Of a stretch of DNA of 64,000 nt, positions 1 through 9,939 are shown piece by piece. The notes under the pieces were generated by a model. That model made no database searches. It was not told where the DNA came from and saw only the letters and a program-made list of their open reading frames with translations. A program made the position numbers and the translations under genes. The stretch's first letter is position 1; each line of letters opens with the position of its first letter. Source of the DNA: Desulfobacterales bacterium (GTDB lineage Bacteria > Desulfobacterota > Desulfobacteria > Desulfobacterales > UBA5852); contig CAXXVS010000003.1 of the NCBI GenBank assembly GCA_963674755.2, positions 2,560,001-2,624,000 on the forward strand. The letters run 5' to 3'.

Positions 1-1553
1 TGGCGCTCCGGCGGCCGCAATATCAGTTGCGGCTCCCCCTGTCCGCTGGAGACGAACTGGATCGTCCGGCCGTAGAGTTCGGTCAGTTTCCAGGTGGTGT
101 TGGTCAGGTGGGTCCGGGCCAGGCGGTCCGGGCAATCGGGCCGGTCGCTGATGGTGTCGAAGCGATCCACCACCAAAACGGTTTCCAGGCCTTCGCCCTC
201 CATGGCCGGACGTTCGGCCAGGTGACCCGCCAGGGTCACATACCGCGGTGCCCCGGGTTCCCGGCGGGCCGCCAGATAGGCCCGCTCCAGGGCCAGGTAA
301 TCCTTCTCCTGGGCCACCGGAAAAGAGGTGCCAGTGAAGCATTCGGTAAACCGGGCGGCATCGGCCATGTAGCGGAACAGTCCCGTCAGGGGAACCCCGT
401 CCGTGAAAGGGTCCAACGTGGCGCGGCGGCGCAGATCCACCGGATCCTGCAACAGGTCCTTGCGGCCGTTGAGACTTGAGAGGTACAGGGTCGCATCGTT
501 CTTCACCGCCAGCTTATAGAGGCCTTCGGCTTCTCCCACCAGCACGAGCCGGCGTCCGCCATGGGCCAGGTACCAGCGGCCGTGGTCATAGGATGAGGCT
601 TCAGCGGGCACCGACGGGACCTGCTTGCGCAGCAAAAACATGCGATCGGGGTAGAGATTGAGGGTGATGGACAACGGTCCGCCGGAAGCGGCCGGCAACT
701 GCCCGGCAAAGGTGGCCGGCAGGGGCAGGTCCTCCACGCGCCAGCCTGCGGCAGGACCCTGAGCGGGTGAGGGCGCTTCCGGCGGCGTCGCGTGCAGGGA
801 AACCTCGATATGCGTCGGGTTGCCGCGGGTCAGGACCGGACAGGCCCGGGCCGTCAGGAAGCGGCGCCGGCCGTCGACCACAATGTCGGCCCGAACCTGA
901 TAGCTGTGCCGGGGATCGATGTCCGCCGTGGCGTAATACAGGGCGAACGGGATCGGCACCTGGCGGCCTTCGGTGGGCAGCACCTGGCCGGCCACGAAGC
1001 GGGCCGGCGCATCCTGCTGCGACGTATCCTCCAGCTTCAGAACAACGGCGGCGGTATCGGGCAAGGCCATGCGCTCCCGGTAGGAGATCTGCCCGGTGAT
1101 GCGCCCGGCCGCCCCGTCGTCCCGCTGCCAGACGCCGCGCAAAACCCCCTTGTCGCCTGACAGAACCAGGGTTTTGTCCGTCAGGGTTTGGAGCGTGAGG
1201 TGGGATTCAAAGGGTTCGGGATAGCGTTCGGTGGCGGTGGTCAGCGTGAGTTCCCGGTCCTTCAGACGCCACTGCAGCCCGGACATGGTGTGAATCCCGA
1301 TGAGGCCGAAGCGCCCGTCCGTATCGAAGCGGATGCCTTCCGTTTCCGCCGGGCGGTCCCGGAGGGGGCGTACCCAGGTGCCCACCAGCGTGTGGGAGGG
1401 CGCGGGCGGCGCTTCTTGGGGCGGCATTTCACCTGCGGGCGGGAAGCAGCCCCCCAGCAAGGTGAGTATCACGATCCATGATAGAAGAACGGCGCTTCGA
1501 TGTGGCCGGCGCCGCCCGGCGGTTTTGTGCTGGAGCGTGGTGACGGGAACCAT
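1..1553 (-). CDS. Multidomain lipoprotein (lipocalin-like, YbaY/YscW, NlpE-like, start of META domain); runs off the left edge
   Basis: Not in the ORF track; translated by hand from ATG 1553 after RBS AGGGGGA: MVPVTT...ILTLLGGC (lipobox)...ITGQISYRERMALPDTA (YbaY-like)...GLFRYMADAARFTEC (NlpE C-like)...LTNTTWKLTELYG (META-like); open to the window edge. Confidence 0.8.
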   Translation of the reverse strand, partial: MVPVTTLQHKTAGRRRPHRSAVLLSWIVILTLLGGCFPPAGEMPPQEAPPAPSHTLVGTWVRPLRDRPAETEGIRFDTDGRFGLIGIHTMSGLQWRLKDRELTLTTATERYPEPFESHLTLQTLTDKTLVLSGDKGVLRGVWQRDDGAAGRITGQISYRERMALPDTAAVVLKLEDTSQQDAPARFVAGQVLPTEGRQVPIPFALYYATADIDPRHSYQVRADIVVDGRRRFLTARACPVLTRGNPTHIEVSLHATPPEAPSPAQGPAAGWRVEDLPLPATFAGQLPAASGGPLSITLNLYPDRMFLLRKQVPSVPAEASSYDHGRWYLAHGGRRLVLVGEAEGLYKLAVKNDATLYLSSLNGRKDLLQDPVDLRRRATLDPFTDGVPLTGLFRYMADAARFTECFTGTSFPVAQEKDYLALERAYLAARREPGAPRYVTLAGHLAERPAMEGEGLETVLVVDRFDTISDRPDCPDRLARTHLTNTTWKLTELYGRTIQFVSSGQGEPQLILRPPER

Positions 1554-1633
1554 TCCCCCTTGTCCTTAGATTAAGCGGCGTTTCGGTATTTCCTGTCCCC
1601 CAACAGACCGCATTTCCCCGGAAGCGCCGGGGG

Positions 1634-2677
1634 TCAGAAACGGTCGATGACGGTCACACCGGTGGTTTCGGAACGGTCCATGGCTTGCATCGCGGCAATA
1701 CCCTGCTCCAGGTCCACGGTCTGGGCGATCAGCTTGGCCGGCTGGAGCTTCCCGGCGGCGATCATGGCCAGCATTTCCGGGTAGCGATAGGCCTGCATGC
1801 CGTGGCTGCCCAGGATTTCCAGCTCGTTGGCCACGACCTGATCCATGGGGATGCGCGGCCAGCGGTGGTCGCCCGCCAGCAACCCCACCTGGACATGGCG
1901 GCCCCGTTTGCGCAGGCCGGCGATGCTCTTGAAGCAGGTGTCCGGGCTGCCCAGGGCGTCGATGGCCACATGGGCGCCGCCCTGGGTGATGTCCCGCACG
2001 GCCTGGACCACGTCCTCCACCCCGGAGGCATTGATGACAGCCCGGGCGCCCACGGACCTGGCCTTGTTGAGCTTTTGGGTGGTGATGTCGATCCCCACCG
2101 TCCTTGCGCCGACAGCCTCGGCGATCATGATGGCCGACAGGCCGACGCCGCCGCAGCCGTGCACCACGACCCACTCGCCGGGCGCGGTGCGCCCCTGGGC
2201 GATCACGGCCCGGAAGGCCGTGGCGAAGCGGCAGCCCAGGCTGGCCGCGGTGACGAAGTCGATGGTCTCGGGAATCCGCACCAGGTTGACATCGACGTAG
2301 CGCACGGCCACCCGTTCGGCAAACGAGCCCCAGTGGGTAAAACCCGGCTGGTGTTGATGATCGCAAACCTGATGGTTTCCACTGGCGCACTGGGGGCAGC
2401 GGCCGCAGCCGCAGACAAAGGGCAGGGTGACCCGGTCGCCCGGAAACCAGCGGGTGACGTCCCCACCCACGCGTTCCACCACCCCGGCCAGTTCGTGTCC
2501 GGGTACATGCGGCAGCCGGCGGATATCGGCATCATGCCCCATCCAGCCGTGCCAGTCGCTGCGGCAGATGCCGGTGGCTTCCACCCGGATGACGACGCCG
2601 TCCGGTGCGGGGGCGGGATCGGGGACCTCCTGGATTGTAATCGGGCCTCCAAAGGCTTCGTAAAGGGCGGCGCGCAT
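1634..2677 (-). CDS. Zinc-dependent alcohol dehydrogenase (MDR family)
   Basis: GICRSD, GHE, CGRCPQC...C structural Zn motif, GCGGVG; start trimmed to MRAALY after RBS AAGGA. Confidence 0.92.
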   Translation of the reverse strand: MRAALYEAFGGPITIQEVPDPAPAPDGVVIRVEATGICRSDWHGWMGHDADIRRLPHVPGHELAGVVERVGGDVTRWFPGDRVTLPFVCGCGRCPQCASGNHQVCDHQHQPGFTHWGSFAERVAVRYVDVNLVRIPETIDFVTAASLGCRFATAFRAVIAQGRTAPGEWVVVHGCGGVGLSAIMIAEAVGARTVGIDITTQKLNKARSVGARAVINASGVEDVVQAVRDITQGGAHVAIDALGSPDTCFKSIAGLRKRGRHVQVGLLAGDHRWPRIPMDQVVANELEILGSHGMQAYRYPEMLAMIAAGKLQPAKLIAQTVDLEQGIAAMQAMDRSETTGVTVIDRF

Positions 2678-2765
2678 CGGTATATCCTTTCGTCGCAACG
2701 GTGATCGAGGTTTTTGCTGCCGGCAACCTTGCCCGGTATAAGAAACGGTGCGGCCGGGGCCCGGG

Positions 2766-2942
2766 TCAGTGGCCGGCTTTACAGCTGTCCTTGGGGGACT
2801 GGCGGATGTCGTGCTGGTGTTTGGCGATAGAGATAATGGCTTTAACGGCGGCCTGGGCCTCTTCGGGCAGATTCTGGGACTGCAGGCGCCGGGCCTCCTC
2901 AACGATGGCGACGAAGGCCTGGGCGATATCATCGGTTCGCAT
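2766..2942 (-). CDS. Small hypothetical protein, 58 aa
   Basis: [72 protein letters not shown]3-rich codons; below the ORF-track cutoff. Confidence 0.7.
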   Translation of the reverse strand: MRTDDIAQAFVAIVEEARRLQSQNLPEEAQAAVKAIISIAKHQHDIRQSPKDSCKAGH

Positions 2943-3010
2943 GGGCGCTTCCTTTCAAGGTGGTTGCAAGGGATGGCTGGGCAACGGCATGTGTGCCGAC
3001 CCGGCAGGCC

Positions 3011-3038
3011 ATTATAGTCATTTGAGACGATTCGTAAA
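3011..3038 (-). promoter_or_regulatory. Putative sigma-70 promoter for the 58-aa ORF
   Basis: TTTACG-N16-TATAAT on the minus strand. Confidence 0.45.
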
Positions 3039-3089
3039 CCCGTTTATGCGCGGTCGTCCCATTTTACCGGCCTCCGCTGCCCGGCGGCC

Positions 3090-5198
3090 TCACAGATCGG
3101 TGATCACGGGATCCCGCAAAAGGGCCTCCACCGCCGCCCCGGCGGTTTCCGCCGCTTCCGGGAAAACCTGCGCCAGGCTGCGGATGTGACGCAGGTTGTC
3201 GGCCGTCCGCAAAATCAGCATGGCCAGGTTGCCTTCCTCCAGATCCGACAGGGCCACCACCTCATCCCAGGGCATGCCCCGCACCCAGTGATACAGGACG
3301 GCCGCCGGACGCAGATAGAGGGGACGGATGGGAAAGCCTTCGGCATGCATGCGGCGGGCAAACGGCGCCAGGGATTTGCGCACCCGCTGGTAGGACGCGG
3401 TCAGGGAACGGGGCAGGGCCGTCTTGGGCAGCCGGTCGTCGCATTCGCGCTCGTTGACGAAGGTGGCGATGATTCCGGCCAGCAGGGCTGGGCTTTTTTG
3501 GGGGAAGACATTGCGCCGGAAGCCCTCGCTGATCAGGAGGGGCTGGTCCACCCGCAGCTGGGAGGCCCAGGTGCCGTCTTCGGTCAGACGTCCGGCGGCG
3601 TCCACATAGCCGTGCTCCTGAAGGAACTCCAGGTGATGCCGGAAGTCATCCCACAGATGGCGATAGCTGCGCTCGAGCATGTGCACGGGGGTCTTGGGGC
3701 CGAAGGAGCGCATCAATTGAAAGGTGGCGAAGCTGCGCTTGAGAAGTTCTTCCACCTGGTCGGGCAGGTGGGAGAGCAGCAGGTTGAGCACCATGGAGAA
3801 ATTGATGCGGATCTGGCTGGCCACATCCGAGGCCGGTGCGTCCACCAGGCGGGCGGCCAGGCGGGCGTCCATGAAACGGCTCGGCACGGCCACGGCAAAC
3901 CCGATCTTGTCCATGCCACGCCGTCCGGCCCGGCCGGTCATCTGGTGAAATTCGGTAGGGGTCAGGGGGGCGAAATCCTGGCCGTTAAAGCGGTCCGAAT
4001 TGAGGAAGAGAATCGTGCGGGCCGGGAAGTTGACCCCCGCCGCCACGGTGGAGGTGGCGAAGACCGCATCCAGCAGCCCTTCGCTCATGAGGGTTTCCAG
4101 AAGCAGCTTCCAGGCCGGCAGCTGGCCGCTGTGATGGGCGCCCACCGCCAGGTGGTTCAAATGCCAGAGCTGTTTGTGGTGCTGCAGGCGCGGGCTGACC
4201 GCGAGCAGCTCCTCCGTGCGGCGCTTCAAGGCCCGCTCCCGCTCGGGATCTTCGATGCGGTTGGCCCGGCAGCGGTTCAGGGCGTTGCCGCAGTCGGCCC
4301 GGGACTTGAGAAAGAAGATGGCCGGTAGCAAATCATAAGTGCGCAGCACCTGGAGCATATCGCCGAAGGGCGGCAGCCCCCAGGGAGGGCCCATGGTGGG
4401 CTTTTTCTTCTGGTCGAGCAGGGCCGCGACTTTTTTTTCGAGCCGGGCTTTGCCTTTGGCCGTACGCCCCACCAGGGGCAGCAGTGTACCCGACGGCGCG
4501 AAGTAGAGCGGATAGAGCGGCACCGGCCTCTTTTCTTCCTGGACCAGGCGGCAGGGCTTGCGCCGGATGGCGGCCAGCCACTCCGCGATTTCGCCCGCGT
4601 TGCCGATGGTGGCCGATAGGAGCAGCAGGGGGATGCGGGGTGGCAGGTAGATCATGATCTCCTCCCAGACCACGCCGCGCTCGATGTCCCCCAGGAAATG
4701 GGCCTCGTCCAGCACCACGAAATCCGTTTCCAGTTGGATGCCGGTGTGCATGGCATCGTAGAGCTGGTTGCGCAGGATTTCGGTGGTGCCGATGATAATC
4801 GATGCCTCGGGCTGCTCCCGACGGTCCCCGGTCAGGATACCCACATTGGCCGCCCCGAAGAGATCGCCGAATTCCTTGAACTTGGCGTTGCTCAGCGCTT
4901 TCAGGGGGCAGGCGTACCAGGCCCGCCCGCCCCTCTCGAAAATGTGGCGGATGGCCTGCTCCGCAATCCAGGTCTTGCCCGCGCCGGTGGGGGCCGTCAC
5001 CAGGCAGTCGCTCTCCTGCACGGCCGCCACGGCCTCGCGTTGGAAAGGATCGGGTTCGAAGGGCGTTTCATCGGGTACCCCGATCTGGCCGAAGACGGAT
5101 TTCAGCCGGCGGTCCGCCCCGGGGCGCAGCTCGGTCTCAGGTGCGGTGCGCCGGCGGGGGCGCGGACGTCCGCGCCGGGGGTAGGGGCTTCTGCGCAT
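3090..5198 (-). CDS. Ski2/HelY-like DEAD/DEAH-box RNA helicase
   Basis: APTGAGKT, PLKALSN, DEAH, SAT, QMTGRAGRRG; C-terminal DSHCT-like EEGNLAMLILR. Confidence 0.92.
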   Translation of the reverse strand: MRRSPYPRRGRPRPRRRTAPETELRPGADRRLKSVFGQIGVPDETPFEPDPFQREAVAAVQESDCLVTAPTGAGKTWIAEQAIRHIFERGGRAWYACPLKALSNAKFKEFGDLFGAANVGILTGDRREQPEASIIIGTTEILRNQLYDAMHTGIQLETDFVVLDEAHFLGDIERGVVWEEIMIYLPPRIPLLLLSATIGNAGEIAEWLAAIRRKPCRLVQEEKRPVPLYPLYFAPSGTLLPLVGRTAKGKARLEKKVAALLDQKKKPTMGPPWGLPPFGDMLQVLRTYDLLPAIFFLKSRADCGNALNRCRANRIEDPERERALKRRTEELLAVSPRLQHHKQLWHLNHLAVGAHHSGQLPAWKLLLETLMSEGLLDAVFATSTVAAGVNFPARTILFLNSDRFNGQDFAPLTPTEFHQMTGRAGRRGMDKIGFAVAVPSRFMDARLAARLVDAPASDVASQIRINFSMVLNLLLSHLPDQVEELLKRSFATFQLMRSFGPKTPVHMLERSYRHLWDDFRHHLEFLQEHGYVDAAGRLTEDGTWASQLRVDQPLLISEGFRRNVFPQKSPALLAGIIATFVNERECDDRLPKTALPRSLTASYQRVRKSLAPFARRMHAEGFPIRPLYLRPAAVLYHWVRGMPWDEVVALSDLEEGNLAMLILRTADNLRHIRSLAQVFPEAAETAGAAVEALLRDPVITDL

Positions 5199-5953
5199 CA
5201 GAGCCTTTCGAGGATGGCTTTGACTTCGTCCACGGCCGGCGACGGCGTGTCGAAGGGGGAGCGGCCGTTCAGGTCGGCCTCGATGAGGCGGTCGTCATAA
5301 GGCAGGAAGCCCAGCAGCTCGAAATCGGAGAGATGCTTGGCCAGGAAGGCCCGGTCGGTTTCCCCGCGCACCTTGTTGCCCACCAGGGCGATGGTATTCA
5401 AGTGGATTTCGGAGGCCAGGCGCTTAATGTTGCGGGCCGTATCGATGCTGCGGCGGCCGGGCTCCACCACCACGATGAGCTTGTCCACGGCCTGGGCCGT
5501 GGCCCGGCCCAGATGTTCGATACCGGCTTCCATGTCCATGACCACCACCTCGTCCCGGGCCAGGACCACATGGGTGATCAGGGCCCGCAGGAGGGTGCTC
5601 TCCGGGCAGATGCAGCCGGCCCCGCCCTTCTTGACGCCCCCCAGGCGCATCAGCTTGATATTCTCCAGCCGGGCCGAAAGGGCCTCCGGCAGATCGTCCA
5701 CCTTGGGGTTGAGTTTGAAATACCCGCCGATGGTTCCCGGCTGGGTTTCGGTGCGTTCGGCCACCAGGTCCTTCATCTCGGAGATGGGCGTGATTTTATC
5801 GGCGTCTGCGATACCCAAGGCCGCCGCCAGGTTGGCGTCGGGGTCCGCATCGATCGCCAGAACATGCTTGCCCTGCTCGTTGAAGGCCCGGATGAGGAGA
5901 GAAGCGAAAGTCGTCTTGCCGACGCCGCCTTTACCGCTGACCGCTATTTTCAT
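5198..5953 (-). CDS. cooC: CooC/AcsF-type nickel-insertion ATPase
   Basis: SGKGGVGKTT, DADPDAN, GCICPE (CxC Ni motif), DMEAGIEHLGR. Confidence 0.85.
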   Translation of the reverse strand: MKIAVSGKGGVGKTTFASLLIRAFNEQGKHVLAIDADPDANLAAALGIADADKITPISEMKDLVAERTETQPGTIGGYFKLNPKVDDLPEALSARLENIKLMRLGGVKKGGAGCICPESTLLRALITHVVLARDEVVVMDMEAGIEHLGRATAQAVDKLIVVVEPGRRSIDTARNIKRLASEIHLNTIALVGNKVRGETDRAFLAKHLSDFELLGFLPYDDRLIEADLNGRSPFDTPSPAVDEVKAILERL

Positions 5954-6183
5954 TCCGTATTCCTTTCTGTCACCGCCGCTGCTATAAGTGTCCGCTCAAG
6001 TCTGTTGTGCAATATAACACAGGATCGGGCCCTGTCCATGCATATGCACGTGTATCGAGGGGCTATCTTGACCTTTGCCGGAATCTCTCTTAAGGGGAGC
6101 GCTGAAACCGCGGGCGGACGCAATTGAATTGCCATGCGCGTGTTTTATATTGCGTGGATAATCAAAAAAGGAGGCATGCCCCC

Positions 6184-8178
6184 ATGCCGCGTGATAAACA
6201 ACCCACCCCCTCGAAGGATGCGCCCCTGATCCTGGCCCCGGCCGGCAACCGGGCGGCTTTTCTGGCCGCCCTGGCGGCCGGGGCCGATGCGGTCTATTGC
6301 GGCCTGAAAAGCTACTCGGCCCGGGCCGAGGCCAAGAACTTCACCCTGCCGGAGCTGGCCGCCCTGACCCAACTGGCCCACCGCGAGGGGATGCGGGTCC
6401 ACGTGGCGTTCAATGCCATGCTCACGGCCGGAGATCTCCCCCATGCGGCCGGGCTGCTGCAGGGGCTTGTGCGGCATGTCCAGCCGGATGCCCTGATCGT
6501 CCAGGATATGGCCATGATCGGCCTGGCGCGGCAGCACGGTTTCCAGGGCGAGCTCCACCTGTCCACCCTGGCCAATGCGAGTTTTGCCCGGGCCCTGGGA
6601 TGGATCCGGCGCCATTTGGCCGTGGACCAGGTGGTGGTCCCCCGGGAGTTGGACATCGACGAGATCCGCGCCCTGGGGGATGCCTGCCCGGATGGCCTGG
6701 GGCTGGAGGTCTTCGTGCACGGGGCACTGTGCTACAGCGTGTCGGGGCGTTGCTACTGGAGCAGCTTCCTGGGGGGCCGGAGCGGCCTGCGGGGACGTTG
6801 CGTGCAGCCCTGCCGGCGCCAGTACCGCCAGCGCAACGATGCCCGGCGGCACTTCTCCTGCATGGATCTCAGCCATGACGTCCTGGTGAAGGTGCTGGGC
6901 ACGATTCCCCAGGTGCGGACCTGGAAGATCGAGGGGCGCAAAAAAGGGCCCCACTACGTCTATTACACCGTGCGGGCCTACCGCATGCTGCGGGACGAGG
7001 GCCACGATCCCCAAAAAAAGCGCGAGGCCCTGCAGCTGCTGGAGCAGTCCCTGGGCCGGCCGGCCACCCACTACCGTTTTCTGCCCCAGCGGCCCCAGAC
7101 CCCCCTCCAGCCGGGAACGCCCACGGGCTCCGGCCTGCTGGTGGGAACGGTCAAGGGCCCGGCCCACAGCCCCTATATCGCCCCCCGCCAGCCCCTGCTG
7201 GCCGGCGATGTCCTGCGGGTGGGCTACGAGGACGATGCCGGGCACGCCATCGTGCGGGTGCGCCAGCCGGTGGGCCGCAACGGACGTCTGCCCTTCAGGC
7301 CCGGGCGTGGGGGGCATAGCGGCAGCCGGACGCCGGTTTTTCTGACGGACCGTCGGGAACCCGCGCTGCAGCGCCGCCTGACGGTGTTGGAAAAGGCACT
7401 TCCCGACCTGACGGAAGCACCGCCCCGGGAGCCGTCGGCCGGGATCCGCCTGCCCCAACCGATTCGTCTCAAAGGGCAGACGCCCCGCGATATGGTGGTG
7501 CGGCACACGGCTGACCGAAAGGGGGCCAAGGCAATCCAAGGCGTCTGGGTTTCCGCCCGGGCCGTGCCGCAGGCGCCGTCCAAGGCATGGGCGGCGGTCT
7601 GGTGGTGGCTGCCGCCGGTGATCTGGCCCACGGCCGAGGACGGCATTAAGACGCTGGTCGAGCGCCTGCTCAAGGGCGGCGCCCGGCACTTCGTCCTGAA
7701 CGCTCCCTGGCAGGCGGGCCTGTTCGCCCATCCGGAAAAGCTGATCCTCTGGGCCGGGCCGTTTTGCAACCTGGGCAACCCCTTGGCCCTCGATCTCCTG
7801 AAACAGGCCGGGTTTGCGGGGGCCTTCGTGAGTCCGGAGCTGGGACGCGAGACTTTTCTGGAGCTGCCCAAAATCAGCCCGCTGCCCCTGGGCATGGTGC
7901 TCAGCGGCCTCTGGCCCCTGGCCCTGTCCCGCGTGCTTTCGGAGGCCATCGACCCGGGCCAGCCCTTCACCAGCCCCCGGGGGGAGCAGGCCTGGGTAAA
8001 GCGCTGGGAAGACACCTTCTGGTTGTTTCCCAACTGGCGGCTGGATCTCAGCAGCCAGCGCCGGGTGCTGGAAAAGGCGGGCTACCAGTGGTTTGCCCAT
8101 CTGGAAGAGCCGCTGCCCAAGACGGTCAAACTGAAAGATCGCCCCGGTCTATGGAACTGGAACATCGGCCTTAAGTAG
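6184..8178 (+). CDS. Peptidase U32 family Fe-S protein (RlhA-like RNA hydroxylase)
   Basis: LAPAG, GADAVYCG, EVFVHGALCYSVSGRC...RGRCVQPCR, KIEGR; RBS AGGAGG before ATG 6184. Confidence 0.88.
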   Translation: MPRDKQPTPSKDAPLILAPAGNRAAFLAALAAGADAVYCGLKSYSARAEAKNFTLPELAALTQLAHREGMRVHVAFNAMLTAGDLPHAAGLLQGLVRHVQPDALIVQDMAMIGLARQHGFQGELHLSTLANASFARALGWIRRHLAVDQVVVPRELDIDEIRALGDACPDGLGLEVFVHGALCYSVSGRCYWSSFLGGRSGLRGRCVQPCRRQYRQRNDARRHFSCMDLSHDVLVKVLGTIPQVRTWKIEGRKKGPHYVYYTVRAYRMLRDEGHDPQKKREALQLLEQSLGRPATHYRFLPQRPQTPLQPGTPTGSGLLVGTVKGPAHSPYIAPRQPLLAGDVLRVGYEDDAGHAIVRVRQPVGRNGRLPFRPGRGGHSGSRTPVFLTDRREPALQRRLTVLEKALPDLTEAPPREPSAGIRLPQPIRLKGQTPRDMVVRHTADRKGAKAIQGVWVSARAVPQAPSKAWAAVWWWLPPVIWPTAEDGIKTLVERLLKGGARHFVLNAPWQAGLFAHPEKLILWAGPFCNLGNPLALDLLKQAGFAGAFVSPELGRETFLELPKISPLPLGMVLSGLWPLALSRVLSEAIDPGQPFTSPRGEQAWVKRWEDTFWLFPNWRLDLSSQRRVLEKAGYQWFAHLEEPLPKTVKLKDRPGLWNWNIGLK

Positions 8179-8358
8179 TGCCCGTCCAGAGACGGCATCT
8201 TTTGGCCCCGGCCCGCCGCCGGTGGACCAGAGGCCTTTGGCGGACAAGCCGGCGTTCTCGCTCTTTGGAAATCCTCGCCGTAGCCAGCTACGCCTCCGGG
8301 TTCCAAAGAACTGCGGCCTTGGCCGGAACCAAAATCTACCATCTCTGGACGGGCACTA
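8176..8358. mobile_element. MITE-like element, family A copy 1
   Basis: Perfect 17-bp TIR TAGTGCCCGTCCAGAGA / TCTCTGGACGGGCACTA; internal blocks shared with 20106-20343 and 24992-25297. Confidence 0.8.
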
Positions 8359-8359
8359 A

Positions 8360-8516
8360 GTGGTCCTGTTCATAAAAAGATGACGTAATGAGGGCGCCCA
8401 GACGCCTGTCTGACAAGGCGCGCAACCTTAAAGAATATCGGGTTCTGTGGTTTCGCAACGCCGCCAGGCAGGATGGCTGGGCGGTCGAATGGCATCGTAT
8501 TTGTGAACAGGGCCAC
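8360..8516. mobile_element. MITE-like element, family B
   Basis: TIR GTGGTCCTGTTCATAAA / TTTGTGAACAGGGCCAC (15/17); internal imperfect IR 8395-8483; CTAAG at both junctions. Confidence 0.65.
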
Positions 8517-8538
8517 TAAGCAACAATTTGGGAGTAAA

Positions 8539-9210
8539 ATGAATCTTCTCTTCGATCTGGACGGCACCCTGACCGATCCCTTCCCCGGCATCACCCGCTG
8601 CATCGCCTATGCCCTGGAGCGCATCGGATTTCCTGCGCCCCCTGCTGAGGAGCTGCGCTGGTGCATCGGCCCACCCTTAAAACACAGCCTGGCCAAGCTG
8701 CTGGCCACCGACGACGCCACCCGCGTCGAAGAGGCCTTGGCCCTTTACCGGGAACGTTTCGGCACGCTGGGTCTGTTCGAGAACGAGGTCTATGACGGTA
8801 TTCCCGACGTGTTGGCCGCCTTGAACGAAGCCGGGCATACGCTGGTCGTGGCCACCGCGAAACCGGCGGTCTTCGCCCGGCGGATCGTGGATTACTTCGA
8901 ACTGACCCGCTACTTCAAAACCGTCTACGGGAGCGAACTCGATGGGACCCGGGCCGAGAAGGCCAGCCTGATTGCCCACATCCTGCAGGAGGAATCCTTC
9001 GACCCCACCCGATCCGTCATGATCGGGGACCGGGCCTACGACATGATCGGGGCTAAGGAAAACAGCGTGTCCCGCTGCGGCGTACTCTGGGGATATGGGT
9101 CGCACGATGAACTGGAACGTTCCGGCGCGCAGGCCGTTGTGGCCACGCCGGCGGAACTGATCCCTGCAATCAGAAGCAAAGCATTTTTTGATCGGCCGTC
9201 GGCTGTATGA
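8539..9210 (+). CDS. HAD-family hydrolase (phosphoglycolate phosphatase/nucleotidase-like)
   Basis: FDLDGTLTD, VATAK, MIGDRAYD. Confidence 0.9.
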   Translation: MNLLFDLDGTLTDPFPGITRCIAYALERIGFPAPPAEELRWCIGPPLKHSLAKLLATDDATRVEEALALYRERFGTLGLFENEVYDGIPDVLAALNEAGHTLVVATAKPAVFARRIVDYFELTRYFKTVYGSELDGTRAEKASLIAHILQEESFDPTRSVMIGDRAYDMIGAKENSVSRCGVLWGYGSHDELERSGAQAVVATPAELIPAIRSKAFFDRPSAV

Positions 9211-9251
9211 AGACCGGGCTATCGACCCGCTTGTAAAAAGAAGCGATTCAG

Positions 9252-9935
9252 CTAAGTCTTCCGGCACATTTTCACGATCATATCGGTTGCCAAACGACGA
9301 TCCACGTCGCGGGGAAAGAGCGCCAAATGCCGCGATCCGGGAACGATATGCAGGTGTCGGGATTCAGCCTCGGTGGCTGCGGCAAAGAGGCCTTCGACGA
9401 CCTCGCGGGGTATTACATCATCCGTTTCGGCCGCGACGATCAGAAGCCTTCCCTTGAAGCGCGACAGGAGGCCGAAGGCATCCGAATCCCGCCAGCTGCC
9501 GGGCCTGCGGATGGCGGCGGAGAAGGCGGGGCCGAAAGGGAGATCGTAGGCACGGCGGGTGTAGACGGCCGGTACAAGCAGGATCAGATTTTCCACCGCG
9601 CAGGCGTCCAGGAGTTTAAGCGCGGTATACCCGCTCATGCTGGCCGCGATCAGGGTCAGCGGTTCCCGGCAGGCGTATCGGATGACGGCGGCGGCCTGGT
9701 CGGTCCTGGCATGCAAGGTGGAACCCGGGAGGCTCCCACCGGTCTCACCGTGTCCGATGAAGTCGAAACTGACCGTGGGCAGGCCATTGTCGTGCAGCGA
9801 TCGCCGCAGGCTTGAAAACCGCGCGCGGGATGATTGGCCGGCGCCATGCAGGACGATGGCACGGCATTCCGTTGCGTAACGGTCTCCGCGCAGCAGATTG
9901 TTCCCAAAGGGAAGTTCGAACGGGATGCGATGCAT
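9252..9935 (-). CDS. Alpha/beta hydrolase
   Basis: LHGAG, FDFIGHGETG, AASMSG nucleophile elbow, DDVIP, C-terminal His. Confidence 0.85.
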   Translation of the reverse strand: MHRIPFELPFGNNLLRGDRYATECRAIVLHGAGQSSRARFSSLRRSLHDNGLPTVSFDFIGHGETGGSLPGSTLHARTDQAAAVIRYACREPLTLIAASMSGYTALKLLDACAVENLILLVPAVYTRRAYDLPFGPAFSAAIRRPGSWRDSDAFGLLSRFKGRLLIVAAETDDVIPREVVEGLFAAATEAESRHLHIVPGSRHLALFPRDVDRRLATDMIVKMCRKT

Positions 9936-9939
9936 GTTT

